DNA from: Cetorhinus maximus
Lineage: Eukaryota
Assembly (NCBI RefSeq): GCF_964194155.1
Contig: NC_135892.1
Span: 105,214,001 to 105,278,000, forward strand
Length of the DNA stretch: 64,000 nt
Direction: 5' to 3'
The position numbers and the translations under genes are program-made. The notes under the pieces are model-generated. The model was not told the DNA's origin and did not search any database. It saw only the letters and a list, made by a program, of their open reading frames with translations. Positions 1 through 13,825 of the stretch are shown in pieces; position 1 is the first letter of the stretch, and each line of letters starts with the position of its first letter.

Positions 1-3000
1 CGTTCAGGATGGGGATGTTTATGGTGTTGATAGTATGTTAATTATATTGTTGAGGTACACAGGTGAAAGGCATTGTTTAATTAAGTATTTTGGGCACATA
101 TATATAGGGCACAACTGACACACACGGGTAGGAAGAAGCGGAGAGGGAGTCTATGAGACTCAAAGTCAATAAATTCTCTCAATAAAGAAAAACTCTGTCT
201 TGGTTTTGACTTCACCAACTGGCTTGGATTCTATTAGCACATGGAGCTTCCCCCTCCTATTAGTTGTTTAATTGTCCAACACCATTCATGACTTGATGTG
301 CCAGGACTGCAGGGTTTTGACCTGATCATTGGTTGTGGATTGTCAGTTGCATTAAAATTATAATTACAATTCTTCCATTAAAGAATATTCCTGGTCGTAC
401 GGCATTTAGTTTGGGAAAAAAAAACAAGATACCACAGGAGCAAATCACCTGACCATCAAATGCAACATCCCACACTCAAACATTTCTTTTAAACTCAAAA
501 TATAAGTACTATTGCATATATCATCTGTGTATATAGGATACATGTTAGGGAATGCGGCTCTACAGAGCGTAAAGTGCACTGAATGGCATTGGTAATACCA
601 TATGCAGTTTACGTGCCACAGAATGCCAGTTCTTGATATATATTCCCATTTTATTTTATACAACCTCATTAGCTGGATTTGCACTAGGATGATAGAGTTG
701 AGCAATTTTGGAATTGATGATTTGTGGGGCTTTCAGTAATAGATCTGCTCAGACAAGAACGAAATTGGGCAATGTTATGGAAGTGGAATAGGCGGTCTTG
801 GCAATGGCATGTGTGTGGTCAGAAGTTCATCTCAGAGTCAAATATAACACCAAGGTTGTCAATGATCTGGTTCAACTGCACAGTTGCCAAGGAGAGGAAT
901 GGAGTTGATGGCTTGGAAACGGAGTTTGTGGCAGGGTCCAAAGGCAACCGTTTCAGTCTTCCTGATATTTATCTGCTGTGATGCATCAGGTTAATATAGG
1001 ATAAGTATAGGTTCAAGGGTAATAATGTCAGGCTTATGTCTTGTGGTGAACTGTAAAACCACAATCTTACACAGAATTATGGCAGGCCTAGTGATTATCT
1101 TCACTACTTGTCTCAGAAATAATTAGTGACAGCTAGGCCACCCATTTCAAGCGACTAAGTAGAAGGTTCATAAGCTGTTGTAGCTTAAGTCAGTGCATAT
1201 GGGTTCATTCAATGGAATTGTTAGCGTTACATTGTCCCAAAGATATCTTCAATGTGTACACTTCTCAAATTTATACTTGGTAATACTGACACTTTATTAG
1301 CAATATATCAAAAATATTTTGTCACCTACATAAATCATCCAAACCTAAAGAGGCTATGCCTACGAACCCAGAAATCCTACCTGTTTACTACCACCTCTGT
1401 AATGTCACTTGACTCTGTTTTATCCATGGTACCACATTTCCTCAGACCTTACACCCAAAGTTTCCTAACAGGTTTCATAGTCATAGAGGTCTACAGCACA
1501 GAAAAAGGCCCTTCGGCCCATCAAGTATGCACCAGTCAAACACGTACCTAACTATTCTAATCCCATTTTCCAACACTAGAAACCTTGAAACCTTATGGAA
1601 TTTTTCCCAAAAATTTACATTAACTAAATCTACTGTACTTTATTTATCCAATGTGTCATTTCTACATTTTTAAAAAAAATTATTAAACATGATTTGCCTT
1701 TAATCCATCTGTGTTGGCTGTCATTGATTAGTCCACGCATTTTTACATGCTGGCTAAAAGTCACCCCAGTAAATTAACAGTCACCTGGTTTATCTTTTTC
1801 TCTGTTCTTGAACAAACTTGTATAGCCTATTTTCCAATCTAACAACATAATTTGCATATGTAAAGAGAATTTTAAAATTGTGACCAGAATCTGTGATATT
1901 TCATCTCTGACTGTATTTAACAATCTAGGGTATACACCATCACGATCCAATGATATATCGGTTTGGAATTACCCTCAATTTTGCAAAAACAATTCCTCCT
2001 CTACAATTACCTCCCCAAATATTCTACTTCCAGCGTTTGTTAAAACTGATGGAAAATATTCCAGGTCTCAGTTGTACTTTAGCTCGCCACAATTAAGACT
2101 CCATCCTTCAAACTGCTAATGCAACCATTTTCAGAATCACCCATTTAACAAAAAAAATTAAAAGAATACCTGGTTAGGCGCAAGATTTAGGTTAAAAATG
2201 TATACAGATTAGGGTGACTGAATATGCCATGAAATGATTTATGAGCAATTATGACCACGGAAGGCATCAAGTAAAAATTGTATGATTCATTTTTGCCCAA
2301 TTTAACATTTCTGAGGAGAAAAGTTTGGGGTGGAGAAAGAGTGAGAAACTCTGAGGAACATGTCCTCAGAAGGTTGAATGTGTTGGATACAACAAGTCAT
2401 CTGTGCAAGGAATGCACATGATTGTCTTTTCTGACTTAAAACTTTCCAACAGCAGAACCTAATTCCACCATACATAGCACACTTCACACTTAAAATGCCC
2501 AATGCGTTGAAAAAAAATTAACGAAACACTTGCAATATACGAATTAGAACTTGCAAGAGATATGCAGTTCAGTTCTCTTCCTTCAAACTAAAGCCATGTA
2601 ACAATCAGCCTCTTGTACGGTTTACAAAGATTCTTGTAGTTTGCACTGCTTGTGATTTTTGTTGTCCAAACACAAAATGACTGAATTACTAATATACTAT
2701 TATGTAAACAGAAGGCACATCAGGAACTGTAGGTTTCTACAAATAAACTATGCGTCATTACAGAAACAACTCAGTGAGCAGGATTCAGGTCCTTATTTTC
2801 TGCAAATTGGTTCTGAATTCCTTATAGAAATGACTCAAATCCTCAATAAGATGACCGTTTCACAAACAATTTTTGGGATCCATTATTCTCTATATTGACG
2901 TTTCCTGTTAATTGTGAAACCATTTTGCTCATCAATGCCATCAGAATAATTGCTCACAATCTTTAATCAATGTCACTGCAACACTATTTGTCGTTATTTT

Positions 3001-6000
3001 TAGAACTAGAATAAGCCATTGCCGCTGCAACCTTGCCATCAATTTCATCTTTCTCCTTGGCTGCTATCCATATTAAGCAAACTATTGTCAACTTTGACAT
3101 TGTATTTCGCCCTGGGCTGAGCTGAACCCATATCGTTCTCATCATTTAAGACCATTTACTTCCACCTCCATAATATTATCCACTTCTGCCCACTGGGAAT
3201 GGGCAATAAATGCTGGCCCAGCCAGTGAAGCCCACGTCCTGGGAATGACTAAAAAACCCTCAGCCCATCTGCTGCTGAAATAATCATCCATGTCTTTTAT
3301 AACTTCTAGACTCAACTATTGCCATGTTCTCATGGTCAGCCTCACACCCTCCACATTCTAATCTTCAGCTAATTCAAAACTGCTGCCAATGTCATACTTT
3401 CATCTGACCTACCTTTATTGGTTTCCGATGTCTCCAATTTAAAATTCTCCTCTTTATGCTCGAATTCCTTCATGTTATTCCTCCCTTATGTTGTAACCTT
3501 CATCCCCCAAACCATTCATCCCCATGTCCCCTCCAAGAACTCTGTTACTCTGGCTTTGGCCTCATGTCTATCCCTCCCCCTACATCCACTGATGTTGTCT
3601 GTCCCGTCAGCCACCTAGGTCCATAATTGCTCTGCCTCTCCACCTTAAGACCTACCTATATATTAAATTTAAGTCCCCTATCATCATGTTTGAACTCGCA
3701 CCCATGTTTGTGATTAGGCTTCAGCATAGCGCCGTGGGATGTCTCTCTACACTGAAGTGGCTATATGAATGCAAATTGTTATTACATAAACAGTTTTAAT
3801 TTATTCAGATTATTTTATAGAAGTGCTACATGGTAGAAAGCGAGATTGAAGCTGTAATTTAATCACAGGATTCAAATTACAGTCCTAGGCAATTTAATCC
3901 TTGGATCATCCGAATGCCTGTAGCATACTTTGGTACATAAGCATCTACTTTTTTACAAAGCTGCCTTCTTTTGGAAAAAAAATACTGTGCGCTTAGAATT
4001 CAAGATTCAGTAATAGTTCTAATAAAGCACATTAGTTTCCAGAAGCACACTAAGAGAGATGGGAACAATTGGCACTGAAAACAGAAGTAGCCTAAGGAGG
4101 CATGAGACAATTTTTGAATTGCAATGTGCTCAATTTCAAATAAGCTGGAATATTTGGTATTTTTAAGGTAAGAAGGTAAATCTAAAGCAGATTGCTTTAG
4201 ATAGAAACCCCAGTCCAAAATGATGGGAACCACCATCCATTACTACCCACAAGCTTTTCAAAGTGATCCTGTCCATTAATGATGGACTCCAGGTTCAGTA
4301 TAGGAAACAGCACTTGGATAGATCTAGCACAGGGCTACACATACATATGGTTTCTATGACAGCAGACTGTAGTGACGTGCAAGGTTCGTAATTTCTCATA
4401 CAGCCCAGGTTTTCCTGTTCACAAATAGTCACCGTGTTGATTAATTTTGTAACGGACTCTATTTCCTGTCTGATCTCTATCCAGCAGCATTTCTCAATAT
4501 TGCTCAATTTGATTATAATAACCACATGTACTTTCATTCGTCCTTCTCTGACATGAAACATAAATTCCAACAATTGCCTTTATCATTAGGATTCTCATTG
4601 TTCCAGTCAAATAATAGGATCTTATACTAATTACTAAATCTGAAAACACATCATATTGAAAAGGAAAAAGGATAGTTAAAAAAGTTTATGCATGCATTTG
4701 CTTGGGTCTCATGAACACACAGAATTCTATTAGTAGATAAAATTTCAACCAGCACAACATGTTGACTCACACAGAGTGAACAGCGGAGCCTCCACAGACA
4801 GACATGCGTGTTTCAACAAAACGGCAAATTTTAAATCCCAGTTAACAGGTTCAACTGAAATGAAAAGAGTCCAGATTATCATGGGGAAGGGGAGAAAAAG
4901 GAAGAAGCATCAGTTTAACATCAAGCATTATACTGTGGTATATTCCACCTTACTAGCTGAAGAGAGCTGCATGATAGGAAACAGCTCTTCTGGGGAAAAT
5001 AATTGAAGAGGAAAATAAGGGGAAGGACAAAGGTGGCAACTCAATTTCTACCTTTTCTACAACTTCAAATCCTGTAAAATAAGGAAAGCCAAGCTATCAT
5101 TTTTCTAAATCAGGTTTTCATTAACTAGAACTTTATTGGACTTAAGAGAGGAGGTAGGGGCTCAGAGGTAGAAGAACATCGCCAGTTGAAAGTAGAATTA
5201 TTGAGTAATAGGGTCCTTCCTAATAGCACTGTGGGTGTCCCAACACCATATGGACTGAAAACGGTTCAAGAAAAGGTTCACCATCACCTTCGCAAGTGCA
5301 ATAGGGATGGGCAATAAATGCTGGTCTTGCCAGCGACACTCACATCCCATGAAAAAAAAAGGAGCATTCAGTCCAAGTCCATAGCAACTCTCTGTAGAGC
5401 AATCCAATCACTTTCATTCCCTTGAAAATGTATTTCCTTTTGAAATCATTCATTGTCTCTGCTTCCACCACCCTCGTAGTCAGCGAGTTCCATTAGGTGT
5501 GTAAACAAGTTCTTCCTCACAACCCCCTGCAACTCTTGCTCAAAGCCTTAAATCTGTGTCCCCTTGTCCTCGTACCACTTGTAAGCATTATTCACAATGA
5601 TCACGAGGCAGAATTGTTAAATATAGAATGATAAAGGACAGAAGGAGGCTGTTCAGCCCATCCTACCTGCCCTGGCACTTTGAAAGAGCTGATAAAATAA
5701 ACAGTCGCAATGCCTTGCCCTTTTCCAATAAGCTTGCAAATTGTTCCCCTTCTTTGAAGCTTTGTCACTGAATCTGCTTTCAGGCAGTGTTTTCCAGCCA
5801 TAAACAACCTCCATGTAAAAGAAAAATTCTCATTTCACCCCTGGTTCTTTTGCCAACTACTTTCAGTCTATGACTTTGATTATTGACCTTTCTGCCACTG
5901 GAGACAGTTTTCCTTAAAGACTCTATCAAAACCCTTCATGATATTGAATAACCCTACTGAATCACTCCTTAATCTTCTGTGCTCCACAGATGCTGCCAGG

Positions 6001-9000
6001 CCTGCTGAGTATTTACTCCCCGATGTTAGGAAGCAGCCTAAGCCCTCGACCTACATTATCTAATTGTTGATCTGCACAGCCTTTCTCCCGCAACAAACGT
6101 GGCTTTTGAGCTACTACGCATATAAGAGCTCGGTGCATTTGCTCATAACCATGAACAATTTGTGGGACTGGAGTCACATATCGTACAAATAAGTTATTAC
6201 AGTACTGCTTTAGAGCCAACATTACTGTCTTGAAAATTCCCCTCACACCACTACCAGTAAACACTCAGCTAAGTCCAACATACTCAAAAACACATGGTTA
6301 GAGATTTGAAGAATCATGTAGACATGAGGTAGCACAGTACTACAGAGCTGCCCAAAGTTTCCATTCTGTTCTATTACACCTCCTGCACTTATAAACCCTC
6401 CTAATTTAGCATCCAAGAATAATCTATGTAGAATATAACCATAGCAAAGCTCTGGCGGCACATCATCATCTTTCCACTCCTCAGGTTTGTTCATAGGCAG
6501 TTCCAACTAGATATTTCTTTCCTCACTGATATTTTGGTAATTATCAATGGTCTGTGCGCGTGCTAGCAAGTCAGGTTTACAGTTCAAGGGTACTGAAGGG
6601 AGTGATGAACCAGCAGGAGGAACAAACCAAATTTATGACATTCTTTCCAAAAGAAAATTGTAACAAAGATCTAGAAGGAACAGAATGCCGGATAACTAAT
6701 CAGTTAGCCTCACATCAATAATGGGCAAATTGCTCATGGTCATAATAACGATTAGCATAAATGAACATTCAAAAAAGATTTAGTCATAGGGTCTTTGTGA
6801 ATTTAGAAAGATGTCATACTTAACCAATTTTATAAAACTTCTTTGGGCAATTTATTGAACATCTTGACAACAGGAATGCACTGAAAGGTTTTTATTTGGA
6901 TCTTCAAAAAGCATTTGATAAGAAATTATGAACATTAAGGGCTACTGTACTGAAAAAGGTCACATCACTGCATGGATAGAGGGATGACTGAAGAGCAGGA
7001 AGGAGGGAGTAAATCACTGTTACGTCATTTGGGAAGACCACTAAATTTGACCAACTCACTTGAAGAGAAACATAATTAGGCAAGATAGCATAAGAGACAA
7101 ACTACGCTACAACAGAATCACTCAGTTTAATCACCATTAGATTCAGTATCAACCAACTTTATTTTCAAAACATAACCAAAGCTAAATCAGAGCCAATCTC
7201 CCATGGTGTGAATAATAGAGAATGACTTATTACACCATACTGTCAATCTTGGGACAGAAGATTTTTGTCAGCCTTACAAGATCATTAAAATACAAGTATC
7301 TATATTAATACTTTTCTGAAAACCTTCAGTGCATCTCTGCTCGGTGCAATTTCTTCAGCTTGTCTATCCCAAATATCCTCTTGCTTCATTGGTCCAACAC
7401 CTTATATTTATATTTAGCACCTTTAAAGTAATTAAACTGTCCCAAGGCACCTCACAGGAGCACTATAAAACAAAGTATGACACTGAGTCACATAAGGAGA
7501 CATTAGGTCAAATGACAAAAAGCTTTGTCAAAGAGGTAGGTTTTAAAGAGTGTCTTAAAAGAGAAAAGTGAGGGAGAGGTACAGGGAGGGAATTTCAGAG
7601 CTTGGAGCCGAGGCAACTGAAGGCACGGTCACCAATGGCGAAGCGGCTAAAATCAGGGATGCTCAACAGGTCAGAATTAGATGAGCACAGATATCTCAGA
7701 GGGTTTGGGGCTGGAGGAGATGACAGAGATAGGGAGGCAACATATTTCACTCACAGAGGCATCAGCTTGTGAAGTGGGAGATTGGTCGTAACCCTGACCA
7801 ATGAGATATAGGTATGGGTAATTGATACCAATCGGGACTCAATACATTTAAAAAAAACACTAAGATAAAAGCAAAAAACCGCGGATGCTGGAAATCCAAA
7901 ACAAAAACAAAAATAAAAATACCTGGAAAAACTCAGCAAGTCTGACAGCATCTGTGGAGAGGAATACAGTTAACGTTTCGAGTCCGTAAGACTCTTCTTC
8001 AAAAAAACACTGGCCCTGAGCTACTTGGAACTCCCAACACACTGGCTACAAAAACATCCCATGCCTCTAGCTGAACAAAATGATGGAGCCACCAGAAATG
8101 TGCATATAACACAAAGAATTAAGTCTAGGGCCACCTAGATAAGATTGCATTTTGTTCATCAATACCTCTATGTTATTGCTCTCCTTAGGAACTCCAATGT
8201 ACTCAAGAATCGGGAATAGGAGCTGGTAACACTTGGCGAAACCTCCAGTAATGTTAATAAGCAGATAACAATGTTCAAAATTAAATTCTTAATTTGGGTT
8301 TTAATTACCAGATTTTTACGTAAATAGTGTGTGCAGAGTATACAGCTTTCTTTATGTAACTTATGTGCAGCTCATATACCTTTTGCTTTCCATATTGTCT
8401 AATAGTGTTCCAAAACAAATCTTTATCAAGAGCAATGCCATAACAGCTCCATTCATTACTGTAAATGTGCGCAATGAACAATGTGTCACAAAGAAATAAC
8501 AAATCACTCTATTCATTTGGATTATTCACTGACACTTTTCAAGCAGAAATTATTCAGCCAGTCTCACTTATAGAGATATTCATCCCATGAGTGTACATTC
8601 CTAGACATAAACTATACCTATAGGGAATGAGCCCTGACAGTTCCTTATAGTTTGAACTGTCATGGCACCTACTGGATGTATCTGTATACATGAGAATCCC
8701 ACCATTTCAAAGCTATTATATGCTGAAAGTGGGGAATTTGATTGTAACTCTGATAGTTCTTCTATGTAGAAGTGGTGCAGCCACACAGGGAGTGGGGAAG
8801 CAGAGCTGAGCCAGAAGGAATCAGCCAATGCCAAAAATCCCAAAGTAAAGAGAGGGGGACCGGACAAGGATTTGGTGAACGCATCCCACCCGCACACAAT
8901 GACTCAGGTAAAGGTGATCTTCTTTCTTTTAGTCCCCAGTGTTCGAAAGTTATGACTCTTATATGCAAGTACATACAGGCAGTCTTTGGCAGCTTCATCA

Positions 9001-9314
9001 ATCACCTTCCCTGCATCACACAGTCAAAAGTAGGGATGTTTGCTGATGATTGCACAGTCTTCAGTTCCATTCACAATTCCAGATGTGAAGCAGTCTGTGC
9101 CCACCGGCCGAGGCACTGTCGACAACACCTTCAGTCACTTTGCTGATGATTGAAAGAAGACTGATGGGGTGGTAATTGGCTGGAGTGGATCTGTTCTGCT
9201 TTCCATGGACAGGGCATACCTGGGTAATTATTACAATTTGGTAGTGCCCTGGTTGCCACTACTAATGCCAGTATTTTATTCCAGATTTATTGAATTATTG
9301 AAGTATAGTAATAC

Positions 9315-10915
9315 AAGATGCACTCCACGTGATATCAAGAAATAGCTGAAGGCACTGGATAGTGCAAAAGGTATGGGTCCTGACAATATTCCGGCAATAG
9401 TACTGAAGCCACGTCCCTAGCCAAGCTGTTCCAGTACAACTACAACACTTGCATCTACCCAGCTATGTGGAAAATTGCCCAGGTATGTCCTGTACACAAA
9501 AAGCAGGACAAATCCAACCCAGCCAATTACACCCCCCCCCACCAAATCAGTATACTCTCGATCATTAATAAAGTAATGTAAGGAGTCATCAACAGTGCTA
9601 TCAAGTGGCACTTGCTTAGCAATAACCTGCTCACTGATGCCCAGTTTGGGTTCCACCAGGGCCACTCAGCTTCTGACCTCATTACAGCCTTGGTTCAAAC
9701 ATGGACAAAAAGAGGTGAACTCCTGAGGTGAGGTGAGAGTGACTGCCCTTGACATCAAGGCCGTATTTGACCAAGTGTGGCATCAAGGAGCCCTAGCAAA
9801 ACTGGAGTCAATGGGAATCAGGGGGAAAACTCTCCACTGGTTGGAGTCATACCTAGCACAAAGGAAGATGGTTATGGTTGTTGGATGCCAGTCATCTCAG
9901 CTCCAAGACGTCACTGTAGGAGTTCCTCAGGGTAGTGTCTTAGGCCCAACCATCATCAGCTACTTCATCAATGGCCTTCCTTCCATCATAAGGTCAGAAG
10001 TGGGGATGTCCGCTGATGATGGTACAATGTTCAGCACCATTCGCGATGATCCTCAGGTAATGAAGCAGTCCATGTCCAAACGAAGCAAGACCTGGACAAT
10101 ATCCAGCCATTTGGTGACAAGTGGCAAGTAACATTCACACCACACAAGTGTCAGTCAATGACCATCTCCAACAAGAGAGAATCCAACCATTGCCCCTTGA
10201 TGTTCAATAGCATTACCATCACTGAATCCCCACTATCAACATCCTGTGGGGCGGGGGGGGGGTTACCATTGACCAGAAACTGAACTGGACTAGCCATATA
10301 AATACTGTGGCTACAAGAGCAGGTCAGAGGCTAGGAATCGTGTGATGAATAACTAACCTCCTGACTCCCCAAAGCCTGTCCACCATCTACAAGGCACAAG
10401 TCAGGAGTGTGATGGAATACTCCCCACTTGCCTGGACGAGTGCAGCTCCCACAACACTGAAGAAGCTGGACACCGTCCAGGACAAAGCAGCCCACTCGAT
10501 TGGCACCACATTCACTCCCTCCACCACCAACGCACAGTAGCAGCATTGTGTACCATCTATAAGATGCCCTGCAGGAATTCACCAAGGCTCCTCAGACATC
10601 ACCTTCCAAACTCACGACCACTACCACCTAGGAGGACAAGGGCAGCAGACACATAGGAACACCAAAGGAACACACCAGGAAGTTCCCCTCCAAGTCACTC
10701 ACCATCCTGACTTGGAAATTTATCGCTGTTCCTTCACTGTCGCTGGGTCAAAATCCTGGAACTCCCGTCGTAGCAGCACTGTAGGTGTACCTACACCACA
10801 TGGACTGCTGCGGTTCAAGGCGGCAGCTCACCACCATCTTCTCAAGGGCAAATAGGAATGGGCAATAAATGCTGGCCCAGCCAGCGAAGCCCACACCCCA
10901 TGTATGAATAAAAGA
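9315..10915 (+). mobile_element. CR1-type (HER1-like) LINE 3' half
   Basis: ALDIKAVFDQVWH, GVPQGSVLGP and SADD RT motifs. The tail gggcaataaatgctggcccagccagcg is shared with many SINE copies. Confidence 0.85.
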
Positions 10916-12296
10916 AGAATTTACGTTCCCCAGCTGCCGTGGTGGGATTTGAACTCATGTCTCTGGGTTATTAGTCCAGGACTCTGCATTTCTAGTCCAG
11001 TAACATAACCGCTATGCCACTTTTCCCATTATTAAAAAGAGAATTAAACAAGTAGTTGAGAGAGACGAATATACAGAGAAAGGACGGTGAAATGAGATCA
11101 GCTTAAGTAACCCAAGTTGATGAGCTAGAACCAGCACAGTTCAGGCAGAAGCAATGGTCATCTATGTTGTAACTTTTGATTCCATAAAAGACTTTTTAAA
11201 CACACTGCAATTTTATGGAATTTTTCTCCACAGGAACACATATCTGCACGGACTATGTATTCTGATGCCAGTATGCCGTACAGCAGATAACTGGAGATAT
11301 AATTGGAAACATTGAGAAAGACAAAACAAGGGGGTTGTCTCATTTATACTATGGTTAGAAAACACATCTTGAACACTACGGGCAATGCGTCTGAAATGTT
11401 GATGTGCAGCATATACATCTAGATTGTTCTCAGACTGGCCAAGCATTACTGATTTGCTTCCAGATATTTGAATTATAATGCAAGGAACAGCCAACATGGC
11501 TGCTAGATTGTCTATGACACAATTTATTACTCAATGCCAAAATGTAGCAAATAATCTGTTCAAGTGCTAGGAAATGCTCAACTTTCTCTCCAATTCTTTC
11601 TCCTTATTTCTTTGCCCCTTGGAAAAACATGGACTGTTGCCACAGTGTATAAACCCTGGCAGCTCTCTGCGCCCTCACCCAAATAGCCATTCATCTTGAC
11701 TGAGCACCAAGAACTACTGAATAATTTGGAGGCTATTAAATCTCAACTGAGCCCTTATCTCACGACTTCCACAGATATCCATTTACCAGATGTTTCCAAA
11801 TGGGGACGCAGAGCAGAAGCCCTGGCTTGATTACTTAACTCTACTGGTGTTATAGTGGTATTCTCGTCCCATACCATGAGGTAAATCAACTCAGCACAGC
11901 CTTGGGAGTCAAGCCAGCAACCTTCTTGCCCACTGCCTAGTGGATAAGTGGTGCACCATGTGGCTATCACCAAGCTAAAAAAAGAGTAAAATTATGAGAA
12001 ATGGTCTGAGTTACAAAAATCACCTCTGACGTAGAAGGTGCAGGATCCAAATCCAATCACAATATTCTCACTATACTTTCGACAGAGTTTCACTCAAGTA
12101 ACTTATAACATGTTTACATTGCAGAATTACTGCAACATGATGTGACTGCCTGTGTTCTGAATTCAGTCAAATTAAAAAAACTACAGGACATATTCGGGGA
12201 CTGGTGACATCAGTGGAACAAAAGTTCAACAGCACCTGAATGCATGTTACCTTAAAGTGAAGAATATGGGAATTATGCAGCTAATTTTGAGTTTTT

Positions 12297-12680
12297 GACG
12301 GGATATTGGCGTGGCTGGCAAGGTCAGCATTTGCTGTCCTCCCAAACTACCCTCAAACGGAGTGGTTTGCTGGGCCATTTCAGAAGGCAGTTAAGGGTCA
12401 ACCTCATTGCTGTGGATCTAGAGTCACATGTAGGTCAAGCCAGCTCAGGATGGCAGATTTCCTTCCTTAAAGGACATTAATGAACCAGGTGGGTTTTTAA
12501 TGACAATTGATGGTGGTTCATGGTCACCTTTACGGAGGCTAGTTTTCAATTCCATATTTATTAATTGAATTTAAATTCCACCAGTTGTCACGGTGGGATT
12601 TGAACCTGTTACACAGGGAATTAGCTCGGGCTCTGGATTACTAGTCCAGGTGACATTACCACTGGCTATCATCTCCCCAT
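12297..12680 (-). mobile_element. tRNA-derived HE1/V-SINE-like element
   Basis: B box GGTTCAAATCCCACC on the minus strand. Related copies at ~10920-11028, 15550-15802, 28318-28670 and 37628-37975. Confidence 0.65.
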
Positions 12681-12978
12681 TGCACAGTATTTCACCCATG
12701 ACAATTAAAGATGGGTCATTCTTGTATTCAAAAAAAAAAATCACAACAAGCTTTCTGCCAATTTTTAGCGGAACAAATGAGTGACTCAAGCACTAAAATA
12801 AACTTTAAAATTTTAAGGTGAACTAACTCTAGAAACTGCGTAGCCATTACTCATCCAGAATAAAACGGTAATTTTGATTTGCAAAAGTATGTACAGCAAA
12901 ATATGTCCCACTCAATTTTGCAAAAATGGTTTCAGTTACAATGTGCCTATTATTTTACTGCACAAACTGTTTAATGTA

Positions 12979-13289
12979 CAGTACAGTGTCTCCAAACTGG
13001 CAACCTTGGGACTGAGGCTGTGCCGGATTTCGGATCTTGCCAGGTTTCAGGTTGGGCAGCTTGGGCTAAGCTGGGTTGGGTGGGATCAAGGGTCGCTCAG
13101 AGCGTGGGAATAGACCGGTGCATGAAGCGGATAACTAGTCAGGCGCCACACCACGCCAATGTGAGCGGCACCTAGCCAAACTGTCCAGGTAAATTAGGTT
13201 TTTTTTAATTTTACTCAATTAAAATTGATGCATGGCATATTCTAAAAAATGCCCAGTTTTCAGACAACTGGATTTGAGACACTGTACTG
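12979..13289. mobile_element. TA-flanked MITE (Tc1/mariner-pogo/Tigger-like)
   Basis: Perfect terminal inverted repeats CAGTACAGTGTCTC / GAGACACTGTACTG, with TA on both sides. 311 bp, non-coding. Confidence 0.7.
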
Positions 13290-13825
13290 TACAAAACAAA
13301 ACTGTACTCCAAATATTTACCATTCAATATTGTCCCTATACTTGGAAGGCATTGACATTTGTAACCTAGATTGGCTGCTTGAAATCACACAGGTGCCCAA
13401 GTACAGGTAATTCTGAAACCGGCAGTAACACATGATAAACATTTGCTTAAAAGTCAAGAGCTTAACTTTAACCAAATGACACGTGCATGTTCTTTCACAT
13501 GGAGGTTTCCCCTAAATCACAATCCAACTTCACCATCATATCCTTGGACAGGATAGGCTGTAGGCCCTGCACAGCAACCCATTAAGAACTGTCCTTACTG
13601 AGCCTGCACATGATCAACAACAAACACTGCCAGATTTGTGTTTATGCCCAGGAATATTTTGCTTGGAGGTGAAGAACAAATCACCTTGTGAGGGGGCAAG
13701 AACACACCCTTATTTATTTTGCATTCTTGCTGCAGAGTCATCTCGGTAATAAAAGCAACATATTAGCTGCACCCTTGCTGGTCTAAGTTTCAAGATATTC
13801 AACTGATATGGCAACTGAATTCCTT

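Noticed and set aside
1-238. Possible LTR 3' end (TATA-like, AATAAA, ends ..CA)
   Set aside because: The left terminus is outside the window, so no TSD can be verified.
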